Positions 43,194 through 58,727 of a DNA stretch of 64,000 nucleotides are shown here, one piece after another. Under the pieces are notes generated by a model, which was given only the letters and a program-made list of their open reading frames with translations, made no database searches and was not told the DNA's origin. Made by a program: the position numbers and the translations under genes. The stretch is from Paramecium tetraurelia. Its lineage: Eukaryota. Numbering within the stretch: the stretch's first letter is position 1; every line of letters starts with the position of its first letter. The stretch lies in NCBI GenBank assembly GCA_000165425.1, contig CT868052.1, positions 186,001 to 250,000 on the forward strand. Reading direction: 5' to 3'.

Positions 43194-43234
43194 AAAAAAT
43201 GTATTTTTTAAAAAAATTTAAATAAAAAAGTCAA

Positions 43235-43500
43235 TTAATAACTAGTATTCAAACTAAACTTGATTTTGAGTTAATCAAGCACTCCATGTCGATACACCCT
43301 TGAAGTACTCGAAAACTAAAATCAAGTAAGAATCTATATCGCTTTGTAAATGTGAAGAAATAATATTACAATAAAATTGAATATCAATATATTTGAGTAT
43401 GTACATAGCAATGTTCTCCAGTCTCATTTAAGATCAGTCTAAATATTCGTGTTTTAGAGGCGAAGTCAAGCATGTATGTGTTGATCTGATTAAAACTGAC
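43235..43500 (-). ncRNA. Candidate structured ncRNA (three hairpins, possibly H/ACA-like)
   Basis: Three consecutive stems whose mismatches are G-U on the minus strand. AGAACA (ANANNA) follows hairpin 1. GC content is higher than in neighbouring intergenic DNA. Confidence 0.45.
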
Positions 43501-43548
43501 CAAAAAAAAGGAATTTTTAATAATGATATAAAATCTGAATAAATTAAA

Positions 43549-46450
43549 ATGATACATAAAAGCACTATTGATAAGCGAACATTTAAATCTGTAACTCTCA
43601 GCAATTCATTGTTATGTCTTTTGATATCAGATCCAGAGACAGAGAAGTCTGCTGCTGCTTTGAATGTCGATGTGGGATCTCTTGAAGACCCAGTTGATAG
43701 AATGGGTCTTGCTCATTTTTGTGAACACATGTTGTTTATGGGAACAGACAAGTAAGCGATGTATTTTATCATTCAGATATCCCAAAGAAAATGAGTATTA
43801 GTAATATATTTCAAAGAATGCTGGATCCACCAATGCTTTTACATCTGAATTAAATACTAATTTCTTCTTTTCAGTTGGCAATCAAGCATTGGAAGGTGCT
43901 CTTGATAGATTTGCCCAATTCTTCATTAGTCCACTTTTCAGTGATTCTTGCACAGAACGTGAAATGAAAGCAGTTGATTCAGAGTACAACATGAATCTAT
44001 AAAATGATTTTTGGCGCAAATTCCAATTGTTTCACAATGCTTCCCTTCCTGGAAGTCAATACAATAAGTTTATGATTGGTAATTTGAAGACTTTGTAGTT
44101 CGAAGATACACGTGCAAGATTACAAGAATTTCATAAAAGATATTACTCATCAAATGTGATGAAATTGGTCATCTATGGTTCATAACCAATTGAAACTTTA
44201 GAGGGATGGGCTTAAACTTATTTTGAGGGCATTTAAAACAAAAACCTAGCACCTCCTTCCTACAATGTCATGCCATTTGATTAAACTAATATGGGGTAGT
44301 TGATAAAGTATGTTCCAATCAAGAATTAAGATCATTTGGAATTAATTTACATAATCGATTATCTATACCCACATTATAGAAGTTGTCCAGGAAAATACTT
44401 GTCTCATTTGATTGGTCATGAAGGAGAAAACTCTCTATTGTCTCTTCTCATAAAAGAGGATTTGGCATAGGAATTGTCAGCAGGTCCATCAAACACCATG
44501 AAACTATTTTCAGAAATGACAATCAGAATTAAGTTAACACAAAAGGGTTTATAACAATATTAGAAAGTCATCCAATATGTTCAAGAATACATTGAATTGC
44601 TCAAACAAAAGGGACCATAAGAGTGGATCTTCAAAGAAATCTCAGCCATTAAAAAATTAGAATTCGATTTCTTAGAAAAAGGAGATCCCTTCAATTATGT
44701 CTGTACATTGGCATCGAGAATGCAATAATATCCAATTGAAGATGTGTTAAGATAACCATACTTAATGGAATAATATCAACCAGAATTAATTCAAAAGATA
44801 ACAAATCAATTGACTGGAGATAGGTTGATGATGTTTCTATCCTCATAAACCTTTTCAAATTAATTAGGAAACAAGGAAGAATACTTTGGAACTGAATACA
44901 GTTAATCCAAATTCCTTGAAGATGTAACATCAGTCTTCAAAAATGCAGCCAATAACATCTCTCCTAAATTGAATTTGCCTCCATAGAATATCTACATTCC
45001 TGAACATACAAATGTCTTACCTTTATAAAATGGCTTGCCTTTATTCCCTGAATTGGTTTTGTAAAATGAATAAACTGATTTGTGGTTCAAGTAAGATGAT
45101 AGATTCCAAGTACCAAAAACTGTCATTCAGCTTAGAATCAACACAATTGAAACTGGATATGGGAAATTAGCCAAAACAGAAGCTATTGCTAAAATCTGGT
45201 TAGCTTTGTTAAAGAATCATGTCAGAGAATTCAATTACTTAGCAGAAATGGCTAAAATTGATGCCACTTTATAATTGGCAGCAAATGGACTAGAATTCTC
45301 AATTAGTGGATTTAGTGATTCCATCTCCAGATTTGTTATTGGCATGTTCCAAAAGATTATTTCTTTTAAGCCTCAAGATTATTAGGATTTGTATGAATCA
45401 ACATTTGTTAAGATTACCTAAGAATTAGAAAACATCAAGAGATCTTAACCTTACTAATAGGTTCATTCCCTCATGACTGTAGTATTGAGAGAGGGATCCT
45501 CATTTGAAACATAAGAGTTATTAGATCAATTAACCAATATCACTTTTGATGATGTCATTCATTTCTCAAACAATTTCTTAAAACGATGCAGATTTGAATG
45601 GCTCATAATGGGTAATTTGGTTAAAGAAGAAGCCATACAAATTGTTCAAAAATCCCTTGATTTATTCAAAGCAAAAACTCTTAGATATGAACAGGTATTA
45701 TAAATCAGACCAGTTATGTTAAATGAAACAGAGATTTGCAATTACACTTACGATTTGACTGAACCAACGGAAACCAATTCAGGAATTGTTGTCCATTATT
45801 AAATTGGCAAACCTGATTTAAGAACTTAACTCTATAATGGTATTTAAGATTTTTAATTCTAGAAATCCTATAAACAATAATGAAGACTCCATTCTTTTCT
45901 TAACTAAGAACAACTGAATAATTAGGATATGCAGTCTTTTCATTGTTGAGTGATGTCAGGGGAATAGCAGGTTTCACTTTCTTAATATAAAGTAATGTGA
46001 AATGTCCAAACTATGTCTAACAAAGAATTAGGTAAGATATTAATACAATATGTTAGAACATTTATTAAGGAAAACTTGAATAAGTAGATTACAGAGATGA
46101 CTGAATAAGACTTTGAATAATTCAAAAGCTCAGTTAAGGTCTAATTGTTAGAGAAGGATTACTCATTAATCAAAGAATCAGTTAGAATGTGGAATGAAGT
46201 TTAAAAGCATCAAAGATTATTTGATAGAAGAGTATAATAACTCAATATTTTGGATGGCATTAAATTATCCGAAGTGTAAGAATATTTTAAAACTCATTTG
46301 ATCGAAAAAACAAAGCAATTTGAGATCCATGCCATTTCACCAACCCACAAGAAGGATTAGGAAGAAATCAAGAGTGACAGCTTAGTCTATAATTCATCTG
46401 ACAAATTCAAAAAGAGGCATGGATTGTATCCTGATTATTTTTATTAATGA
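43549..46450 (+). CDS. IDE: Insulysin / insulin-degrading enzyme (M16A metallopeptidase)
   Basis: KSAAALNVDVGS, GLAHFCEHMLFMGTDKYP (HxxEH), REMKAVDSE, HLIGHEGENSL, QLRTTEQLGY. Three introns. Confidence 0.95.
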
Positions 46451-47108
46451 GCAGTAATATATTGTAATTTACAATCGTTTAATCCTAATGTTATTCAAAA
46501 CTATATATGAATAAATCTTTTTAAGTTTATGATCTAATTTAATGTCCTTATATCATTACTGAATTCACTAATTATTATAAGAATATTCATTTACATTTGA
46601 AAAAACTTGATTTCGTACACTTCTAAATAAGATAAGATCCTTGTTAAATCATTTATTTTTAAAGTTTAATAGAGTTTCTTGATTTAATTATAGCTAGTTA
46701 AACAATTACTATATTTGTTGCTGATAGCAAATATTACAGAGTTGTAGAAGAAATTATCGTAAAATTAAAGAATTTATCTTTGATTTCTTAATAATGTTGG
46801 CTGTATTTTCCTCAAAAGTATTGAAAATGTTTTAAAGCTTATGATTAAAATAGCTGAAAAAGGTTTAGTTAAAGATAAAATGGAAAAAAAGAGAAACTCT
46901 TTTAGTTTAAACAATTATTTATTTTAATTGATAAAATAACAGTTTAATTTGATATAAATTTAAAATTATGAGGCTTAAAATATACCATATATCAATATAA
47001 ATATTTTAGATTCAAAGAAAATAATTAAAATACACTTTTTGATTTTGATAACAGCAATTTAAGAGAAATCACTAATTAGAGAAAATGAAATATATTAATT
47101 AATATTAT

Positions 47109-48722
47109 ATGTAACCTTATAAAAGAGTTTGTGTATAGGAATCAAATATCCCCTATTCATTTAGTGAACAAGATGAGAAAATTGGAATTGATTATTCAAA
47201 TTTCATCTAACAAATGGAAGGACCTTACCATTAGCTTTATGAACCCATAGATAAATAATGTATAGGAGCAGGCGGATAGGGTTGTGTTATTAAAGTGAGA
47301 TGTAAATTGAATAATGAGGTTCGGGCCATGAAAGTCATAAAAAAAATCAATGAGGATAAAAATGAAAATTTTAGGAAAGAATTCCAAAACCTTAAGCTGT
47401 ATATCGATTTCCTAATTTAGATTAGATCACCCTAATATATTGAAGCTTTATCATAGTTTTGAGGATGATCAGAAATTTTACATTATTTCGGAACTCTGTG
47501 AAGGAGGAACCTTATCTCAATATATTGATGACCATTACCCACTTAAAGAAGCTGAAGTTCTGAAAATTATGAAGTAATTAATTGGTTCCATAAATTTTGC
47601 TCATGCGAAGAATTTAGTTCATAGAGATATCAAACCTGAGAATATCCTAATCGATGATGAGGTGGCCACCTCAATCAAGCTTATCGATTGGGGTTTCTCT
47701 GGGATGATTTAAAAATATGAAAAATTAAGTCTTAAATGTGGTACTATTCATTTTGTGGCTCCAGAAGTAATGGAGGAGTCTTATGACTAAAAATGTGACA
47801 TTTGGTCTTGTGGAGTTGTCCTTTATATACTGTTATGCAATGATCCTCCCTTTCAAGGAACTGATTCAAAAGAAATTTTATTTAATATCAAAAATCAAAG
47901 CATAGAATTCAGGTATATTTTCCTATTTAATAGAGATATTAATCTTGGAAATAATATAGTACTCTCGTTAAGGATTTATTGAAAAGGATGTTGGAGAAAA
48001 ATCCAGAGTTGAGACCAAATGCATAATAGGTTCTTGAGGATCCATGGTTTGAGAGGTATAGTTCATAGATATATTGATAGTAATTCATCCGAATAAATAC
48101 TTTCTTAGGATTTTAAGGAGAGTATGTTATAATTTAATGGATATACTGAAGGTTAGGGCAATAGTTTAACACAGAGCAGGTTTTTATAAGCCATAGTTTT
48201 ATTTATTGCCACTGAATTAGTTCATAAGGATGATAAAAAGGTGTTGAATCAAATATTTCGAAAGATTGATAAGGACAACAATGGTAATATATGTTAGATG
48301 AAATCTTTAGGAACCATCTCAAAAGATGAACTGAAAATAGCTCTACTTTAAATATATTCAAAAAATTAAGTTGATGAGAAAGTTGACAAAATATTTGACT
48401 TTTTGGATGTCAATCAAAGCGGTTCCTTAGATTTCAGTGAATTTGTAGCAGCAACTTGTAAGTTGAAAGATATTGATGGTATTTTAATAAATTAAATAAT
48501 AAAGATAAAATAAGGGTGGCATTTGATGTATTAGACAAGAATAAGGATGGTTATATTACTCTAGATGAGTTATTTTAATTTATTGGGAGAGAAGACTATG
48601 ACAATGATTGTAAAGAAATCTTTAATCAATTTGATCAGAATGGAGATGATAAAATAAGTTTTGTTGAATTCTCTTAGACTGTTTAAAAATACGTTAATAT
48701 ATGTAAATAGATTTAATATTGA
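47109..48722 (+). CDS. Divergent calcium-dependent protein kinase
   Basis: IGAGGQGCV, RAMK, HRDIKPEN, DWG, CGTIHFVAPE. EF-hands DKDNNGTISKDE, DVNQSGSLDFSE, DKNKDGYITLDE, DQNGDDKISFVE. Confidence 0.9.
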
Positions 48723-48787
48723 TTATTTATAAGAGTTTATCAATTACTTAGCAGATTCAGAAAATATATATATAGATAAACATAAAA

Positions 48788-51700
48788 TCAAACATATTTA
48801 CTAAGAATTGTAATAAGTTTTGTTCTGATTTCTAATGATTCACATTTTATCATCTTTACAAATGTCAGATAAAATTCTTTTAAATCATCTTTCTCTAATC
48901 TACTCAGAAAATCTAACATAGATTAAATATTCAATTATTTCTCCAATGAAGTATTTTCTTCGTTCAGGAAAAATTAAAAATTTTCATGGATGCTATTTAA
49001 AAGAGAAACTCGAATAGACAATGAAAATTTTTCTACTATTGAATTATCTCTCTCTAGAATTGCCACTAAACTAATTATAATCAATTATTGTGATTCTGGA
49101 TCTGATATTTTTAATTTATTGATGTAATAATTAGTAAACAATTAAACAACAACATCTTATTATTCGCTATTTAAAAATGATTGTGCATCATTGACAAAAA
49201 AGGAGACCAAATCTTATGTTCTTTTTTTTGAATCTATAAATTTTAATATATTTTACTTGCTAATTACGACGTAATAAGCGGTTCAAATAACTATTCAATT
49301 TAATTGTAATCTAAAAATGGTATCATTCTAATTAAAATATTGTTTAGAGATGGAAACAAAATTAATTGCAGTTTTTCAGAATTATCATTCATCAATAACT
49401 AGCATTTCTATCAAATATATTAATTTTTACACTTAAAAAGTCATTTAGAACACCGATAAATTTATTGACTTCCTCTATTTCATTTTTGTTTAGTTGTCTT
49501 TTACTAATTAATGCTTCAAAACTATTGATAAGAAACTCAATAAATAAGTGATGCTTTGCATTGACACTTAATTAGGAGATTTATTAGTTTAAAAAGTGAA
49601 ACCACTCTGCTATTATATCTTCTTCAAGCATATCAAATTACAAACATGATTTATGATAGTATTTGAAGATATTGTTATCATCATTCAAATGTAGGATTAT
49701 TTGATCTTAACATAAAAAATTGAACAGCAACTATAAAGCATGCAAACCTTTCTTATGATTTATAGTAACCGTTAATTTAATTACATCACAAAAAATTTAG
49801 AAGGTTTTATTCTCTATATAAAATTAAACATCTTCCACATCTAAAGTTTATTCATTGTTAATTATAGTAATCAAGAAATCAATAGCCCCTATTATTAGCT
49901 GTTTATCTGAATTTGACTTTATTATCTTTTAACAAGCCATTGCTATTTCATGCTTTACATAAACACATTATGCCTGATTAAATAATTGCAAATAATAGTA
50001 GAATTTAGGATATAATGATTTATGAATAATCACATCTATCATTCTTGAGATACACAACTTTACTAATTCAAACTACTGTTTAAATAGTTATAAGGATGTA
50101 GATTTATCGAAAACCATTTACTTAATTGATCCTGAGAACTTAGGAGTTTCCATAGGTAATGTTAGAAACCTAGGAGTCTATTAAATGAACAAGAGCTAAT
50201 GCTATTCAACTTTAAGAAAATATTCCATTGAATATTAAATTAATTCTTCCAGGATTTAAAACATCTCTGTAAATTAAGATTCCTAAGCTATACAGCAGAT
50301 TTAACTTGATATATGAATTGATGCATATTTTAGATCGTCTTGATTATCTAAACAGTTTTTAAATAGTTTCATAGAAATCTACCAGAACTCATGGTCTGTG
50401 ATTTTTAATTTTACAAGCCTCTCTTGAATTTGCCAAGTCATATATATGATTTTATTTGTAGTTTCAAAATTGACTATTATAATTGTATATAAATATTACA
50501 ATGACTTTCTTTATCTAGTTAAATCAATATTGAGGCTAATTTACATATTGATGTGTTATCTAAACCTTCAATATGATTGGATAGTATCTCAAACATGCAT
50601 TAGATGGATAACTAAGTTCTGAAAATTAGTTATTTCTGCACTTATTAACTTAATTCTTGTTGAATGCCTTCTTTGCTAAAAAAATCATTTAATAAAACCT
50701 CAAATAATAAAACAAAAATTTGAAAAGCATCTGAGGGCAAATATTTGTGATGTTCATGAATTAAATTTGAAATTATTTATAAGATATTATCCTTCAGATC
50801 CTCATATGGCAACATTATTAATTCAGATAATGGATTTAACAAATATTATACCCATTTGTCTCCCCATTTCCATTTGTTATTTTTACTATATTCAATACCT
50901 GAAATAATGGTGTCTCTATATTTATGAATAGCATTAAGCCTCATTTCCATCACCTTGGAACTACATAGACAGAAATATAAAGCATCTATTATAGTCCAAA
51001 GCTAATGAATTCTTTACCAATTATTATCAATTATTAGCAATAGTTTATCAATTGCAAAGGATTTATAAATTGAATCGAAAGTTTTCTTTTGACTTATTTG
51101 AAGTCTTTCTGACACTTAAAGTGCTAGTTAATTTAATCCGTCTACCATTTAAAATACAGTTGTGTCTTGATATTAAGAACTCCGATAAAATAACTCAGTA
51201 GTCATCTTAATTGATGTTGATTTAGAAACAACTTATTCTATTCTTTATAATGTTTAGAAAATAAGATTCCATGTTTTCGCTGTTAAGAAATTTACATTAT
51301 TATAAAGAATTTCTTCAAATACTTTGCACGCTATTAACCATTTATCATTCTCATCATATTTTAAAGATAATGGAGCAGATTAAGCAGCCAAAAATCTGAT
51401 AAGCAATTAAAATGTGTTAGTTTAATCTTGCTCTAAACTAAACTAAGTCCAAGATTATAAATATTCTAATAAATTGATATATTATTAATTATTAGCTATT
51501 TTTAGAATCTGCTTCATAATTTTTAGAAGAGGTCGCCATAATTTATCAAAAAAGGTCTTAAATCTTATATCATCGTTTTCAGTTTCTTAAATTTCTGCCA
51601 TCTAATCTTCATTTTCACCGTTAAATACTTGAGATTGTATAAGTCTACTATAGTTTTTAATTTCTTATAATAAACCTGTCCCCTCATTTTGAAATTCATC

Positions 51701-53019
51701 TAATTAAAGAAATTTTTATATATTCTCAGTAATTATCTAAATTAAAGTTTCTAACTTTTAATATATTTTATATTACTTATTTATTAAACAAAAATATTTG
51801 GAAGCATTTACAAATTACATTCAATATAAGATGCCGTTAATTTGTTTATTAAAATATTCTGCTTTGGAGATTACTGTGTGAAAAATTCTTTAATTCCAAA
51901 AAGGCTATATTAATAAAGGGATTTCAATATTAAATCGTTATAATCTAATTATGAATAAATGATAATAAATACCACTAAAATTATTACCAAATGGTTATCT
52001 TATTAATAAATTTTTGAATATTGTTAAATTTGAATACAGACATAATATACCGTCATGAATTGCTATTTTACTTTAATCAAATTGTTATAATTTGCTATAT
52101 GTAGTCATCAACTGAGCAATTAAATCAAATTTGTCATCTACTATTTAAATATAATTGAATATTAATCGAATTGTGTTAATTTCTAATATCATTTACATTT
52201 TTACTATTCATTATGTTTGACTCCTAAACTAAATCAATACTTTTTAAGTAAGTATATAAAGTTTCATGATAAAAAGTATGAAATTGCTTGATTTACTGTA
52301 AATATTTTCCGCATTTCAGAATTATGATGAAAATATCTTTGCCTAAGGTGATTGAAATGAGATAAGATAAATACATAATATTAAGTTGTTTGATACATAA
52401 ATAAATGATTGCTCCTTATCTTGAAATATTTTAAAAAATAATTCTAATAATTCAAAATAGGATTGCAATACTGCATTATTATTCTATTAGTTCTATAGTA
52501 GTTCCTCCAACACATTGCTAATAGTAAGAATACCTTATATTGATGATTAGGCTATTATTGGATTGTTGGAAGAGGAAAAGTAAATTAACATATCTAAGAC
52601 CTTAAGTATTTGATTTGAATTTTAAAAATCGATGATATCAGGACCAATAATGTGAATCAAAGTTGACACTAACCTTATGTCAATTGTTTCATCCTGCTGC
52701 TATTTTGAAATATTAAAATATTCAATTATGATATCAAGATCATTCTAATGATATGTAAATCATACTGTATTTAATGATGACAAATGCTGCAATTTCTAGA
52801 TTAATCCTATTCCTTATTAAATTAATTTAATATTTTTTGAACTGACAATTTAGGGTAATAATTGCTATAATAAGGAATGACTATCTAATTCTAACAAATT
52901 TGATTCCAACACCTTTAAACATATAGATTAGAATGGCTTACTTTACACAATTAAGGATATTTTTTGCTGTAATCCTTAATTGATATCAATTCATTTTCTA
53001 CTATATCTCTTCTATTCAT
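48788..53019 (-). CDS. MON2: MON2-like HEAT-repeat trafficking scaffold (Sec7/BIG-related)
   Basis: N-terminus ENELISIKDYSKKYPQL..KLIQQGIGLIQKL (DCB-like), middle TWNLIFQTLQ, C-terminus FYLTFVKMIKCESLEIRTKL (like Mon2_C). Not every internal intron was traced. Confidence 0.62.
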
Positions 53020-53173
53020 ATTTAGAAATATAATTATTATATTTTTAATCAGAAAGAGTAATAATAATATATTTTATAAATTTCATTCACTTGTCTAAAA
53101 CTTATGCATTTTAGTACAGATGATTGAAAACATTATAAGAATAAGAATTGTATAATTAAAAATGATAACTCTA

Positions 53174-53673
53174 TCAGATAAAGTCATCTAAATTAAACTC
53201 ATTTTCATCTTAAGCTAATTCATCATCATACAATACTAATCGTACATTATTTTTTATTTATTTTTCATCCTCTAACGTTTCATTTGTTTCCTCAAATAAT
53301 TATGTTTGCACTTTTGGGTCTTAGTTTATTTTTATCAATTTAACAGATTTTCTTTAGACTTCAGGTGACTATGGATTAAATTTTTGATGGTGAGATCTAA
53401 ATTTGATGGAATGATTTACCTGCATTAACTAGGAGAGCGAGTTCCTATGATTTCTGACATTGGTTTGAAGATTTTGTTATTTTTCTTTAAATGATCGTGA
53501 TCTTCCAAAAACTGTAAATATTTGTCATGCTCCTCCTTAGTCCAATGTCCAATATTTTTTCTTGGGGAAAGAGAATCACTTTTTTTTATTTTCTTTGACT
53601 TTGGAGATCTGCTACAACTGACTTAAGCAGCTTCATCCTCAAAATTACAATATTCTTCTTCCATTTGAGACAT
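53174..53673 (-). CDS. Single-repeat Myb/SANT (SHAQKYF-class) transcription factor
   Basis: GHWTKEEHDKYLQFL...MSEIIGTRSPSQCRSHHQKF. Confidence 0.9.
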
Positions 53674-53734
53674 TTTTTTAATAATTGCTAAAAAGAATGC
53701 AAATTCTTATTTTTATACATAATTTGTTTATAGT

Positions 53735-54636
53735 TCATTTTCTTAAAGAATTTTCAACCCTGTTGCAAGTTTGATCAATAAGATTAATAATGCTCTCTTC
53801 GGTGGCTTCCCTTTCATTTTTTTCAGCATTCAACTCTCCATTCAAATAAGCATTCATTTCATCCAGCATTCTAAACATCTAAGCCTATGCTGATTCTCTC
53901 TATTTTTTCTCAGTTGTTAAAATTTCTTATAATTTCAAGATGGAATCTCCCAATCTTTTGATCACTTATTAATTTCCTTCTTCCCTAAGAGTTATTTAAA
54001 TAATATACCTTAATCTCCTTTCTTCTTCAACTTCTTCCTATAACTGTAATATTCTATCCCCAATTTCTTATGCATTTTTCTCCTCTGTTTCTTCTCTGTA
54101 CTTTTTTTACCTTGCTAAATCTAATCTTAGACTGTAAACTCTGTCATCTGTTGTTTTAGTTATTTTTTATTCATAATCTTTTCTATTTATTTTTTCTATC
54201 TATAATTCTTTTACCAAAACCAATTCTAACCCTTTCAAATCTTTATTTCTTAATTTTTCATCTCCTCTCTATTAGATAATTGATTTAAGTTTTACTTCTC
54301 TAATGATTTTCTCATTTTAAGCTCCCTCCTCCACTTTTTACAATTATTCTTTTAATAGCTTAAACTTTGATTCATCTCCTTATTGCTGTTTTATAGCTCT
54401 GTCTTCTAAAACCTTAACCTTTTATTCAAAAGTTTCTTTTTTGAACTATTCAGTATTAATAGATTCTATACTGCCTAATCCTCATCGATTGAATGTTGGA
54501 GATTGGATAGTTTTTCTGATAATTGAGAGATCTTTGCTCTACTAGGTGAAAGCGCTCTATCTCTATCTCCTGCAAGGGATATTGCAGATTATGTTTTTGG
54601 TCCTGGTGATGAATATATAAATTTAGAAGCTGACAT
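53735..54636 (-). CDS. SF-assemblin / beta-giardin family (striated rootlet protein)
   Basis: Pro/Ser head SPSRAKISQLSEKL, long coiled coil, C-terminus EREATEESIINLIDQTCNRVENSL. Confidence 0.8.
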
Positions 54637-55115
54637 TTTTGTGAAACTTAATAATTTTATTTTTTTACATTTGGATACTCTTTCAAATAAAAAATAAATA
54701 ATTTTTATTGAAGTCAACTTTTAAGCTAATCAAACTTTTTTTAATTGATTAAAATCAATTTTAACCTCATAAACTAAGTTGTAAAATTTCATTATTTTTG
54801 TTATTACATTATTTTACATAATAATTTATAAATCAATCAGATCTATATTATTTGAATATTTAGAGAAAGATATTGGCTAATTCAATAATATAATTAAAAG
54901 CAGCATCTTATAATTTTAACAAAAATTAAATGGAAATAATTTAAAATATATATATTGAATTAACATAGGATGATTTTTGATAATTATAGAATAAAAATTT
55001 TAAATATTCTTTAAAATTATCATCGTTTTTTTAACTTTTAAGGATAAATAAAAGAAATAATGTAAAGGTTTATGAATAAATTAATATTAAATTGAAACAA
55101 CCAAAATCAATAATT

Positions 55116-56148
55116 TCATAAGAAATAATCTGGTGTTTTTTTGGTTAAATGAGGTTCTCCTCTTCTTGGAGCAGGATCAAATTGCAAATAATTTTGATTC
55201 ATATGTTCATCCACTTCTAAAATGGCAGCTTAATTTCCACATCTATAACAATAATTTGGAGCAGAGAATAATGTGACACAATTCTTTTCATGAGTTTCTT
55301 AAAAGCCTTCCATAACTAATTAATGTGCTCTGGCAATCATGGTTAATCCATTTGTATGATTATATTTTTCAGAAATATCTACTCCAAAAGTAAATCCAGC
55401 TCCTCTTGGTGATGGATTAAATCCATTTCGATCTTTGATATTATGATAAAATGATACCATCAGGATCACTCCATAATAAATCACATAAAGGACCTTCATG
55501 AGGTACCTCTTGTATTCTATCCAGTCTTCTTATTTCATCAAGAGTTGTGACGTCAGGAGACAGTCCTCCATGTAAACCAAAGATCTTGTATAGTAAATAA
55601 AAATTACTGAATTTTCAACCACTGCTGTTATTGGGAGATAATCAAATAAATCAGTGAAATACTTCCATGGGTTTGCATTACCATATTTTCTGACACATTC
55701 CTCATAAAATCCATAGACTTATGTGATTTATCTGGATTCGTGATTCCCTCTTAAAATAGTTATTCTATCCTATTTTAAATTTAAATTATTCATACTTTAT
55801 ATCTGACTTTCAAAGCCAGTAGTAATGATACAGTTTCTACACTATAATAGCCACGATCAACGTAATCTCCCAGGAAAAGATAATTTGTATCGGGTACATT
55901 ACCTTGATAATATTATCTTCAGTTTTACCTCCAATTTTAAATAATTCCATTAAGTCATCATATTATCCATGGACGTCACCGCAAATAGTCACTGGAGCTC
56001 TAACTGGCTGAACATTACTCTCTTCCTACAAAATTTCTTTAGCCTTTTCACAAAGCCATTTCACATCCTATTCAGTCAGAGGCTTGCATTTATTGAGCTA
56101 TTCAATAAATCCATCTAAACAATTATTGGGATTATCGTATTGTGACAT
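55116..56148 (-). CDS. PP2AC: Protein phosphatase 2A catalytic subunit
   Basis: [36 protein letters not shown]-terminal TPDYFL*. Confidence 0.96.
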
Positions 56149-56237
56149 ATTTATTTTCAAATTTTTAATATTAATATTTGAGAATTTATATATATTTATT
56201 TATAATATATAAAAGTGATATCATAATTAATTAAACT

Positions 56238-58533
<2,296 letters not shown>

Positions 58534-58727
58534 TTCTAGGTTGTTAAAATAATTAATTTTTTTTTATTTATTCACCCAAACTAATGATCAAATAGATATT
58601 CAAAAATTATCAAATTAGGCTGTCGAATGCCTATAATTAATTTAGGAAATCTAAAACAAATTCAAAATTCAAACATATAATTTAAGATTATTTATAGAAA
58701 TAGATGTTAGATTTGGTTAAATTAAAA

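Noticed and set aside
43235..43345. U17/snR30 identity for the structured element (AGAUUCUUA resembles m1 AUAUUCCUA)
   Set aside because: The m2 motif AAACCAU and a properly spaced ACA box are absent.
48835..49500. Long plus-strand open frames in code 6
   Set aside because: The minus strand carries the MON2-like motifs. Long shadow frames are common when only one stop codon exists.
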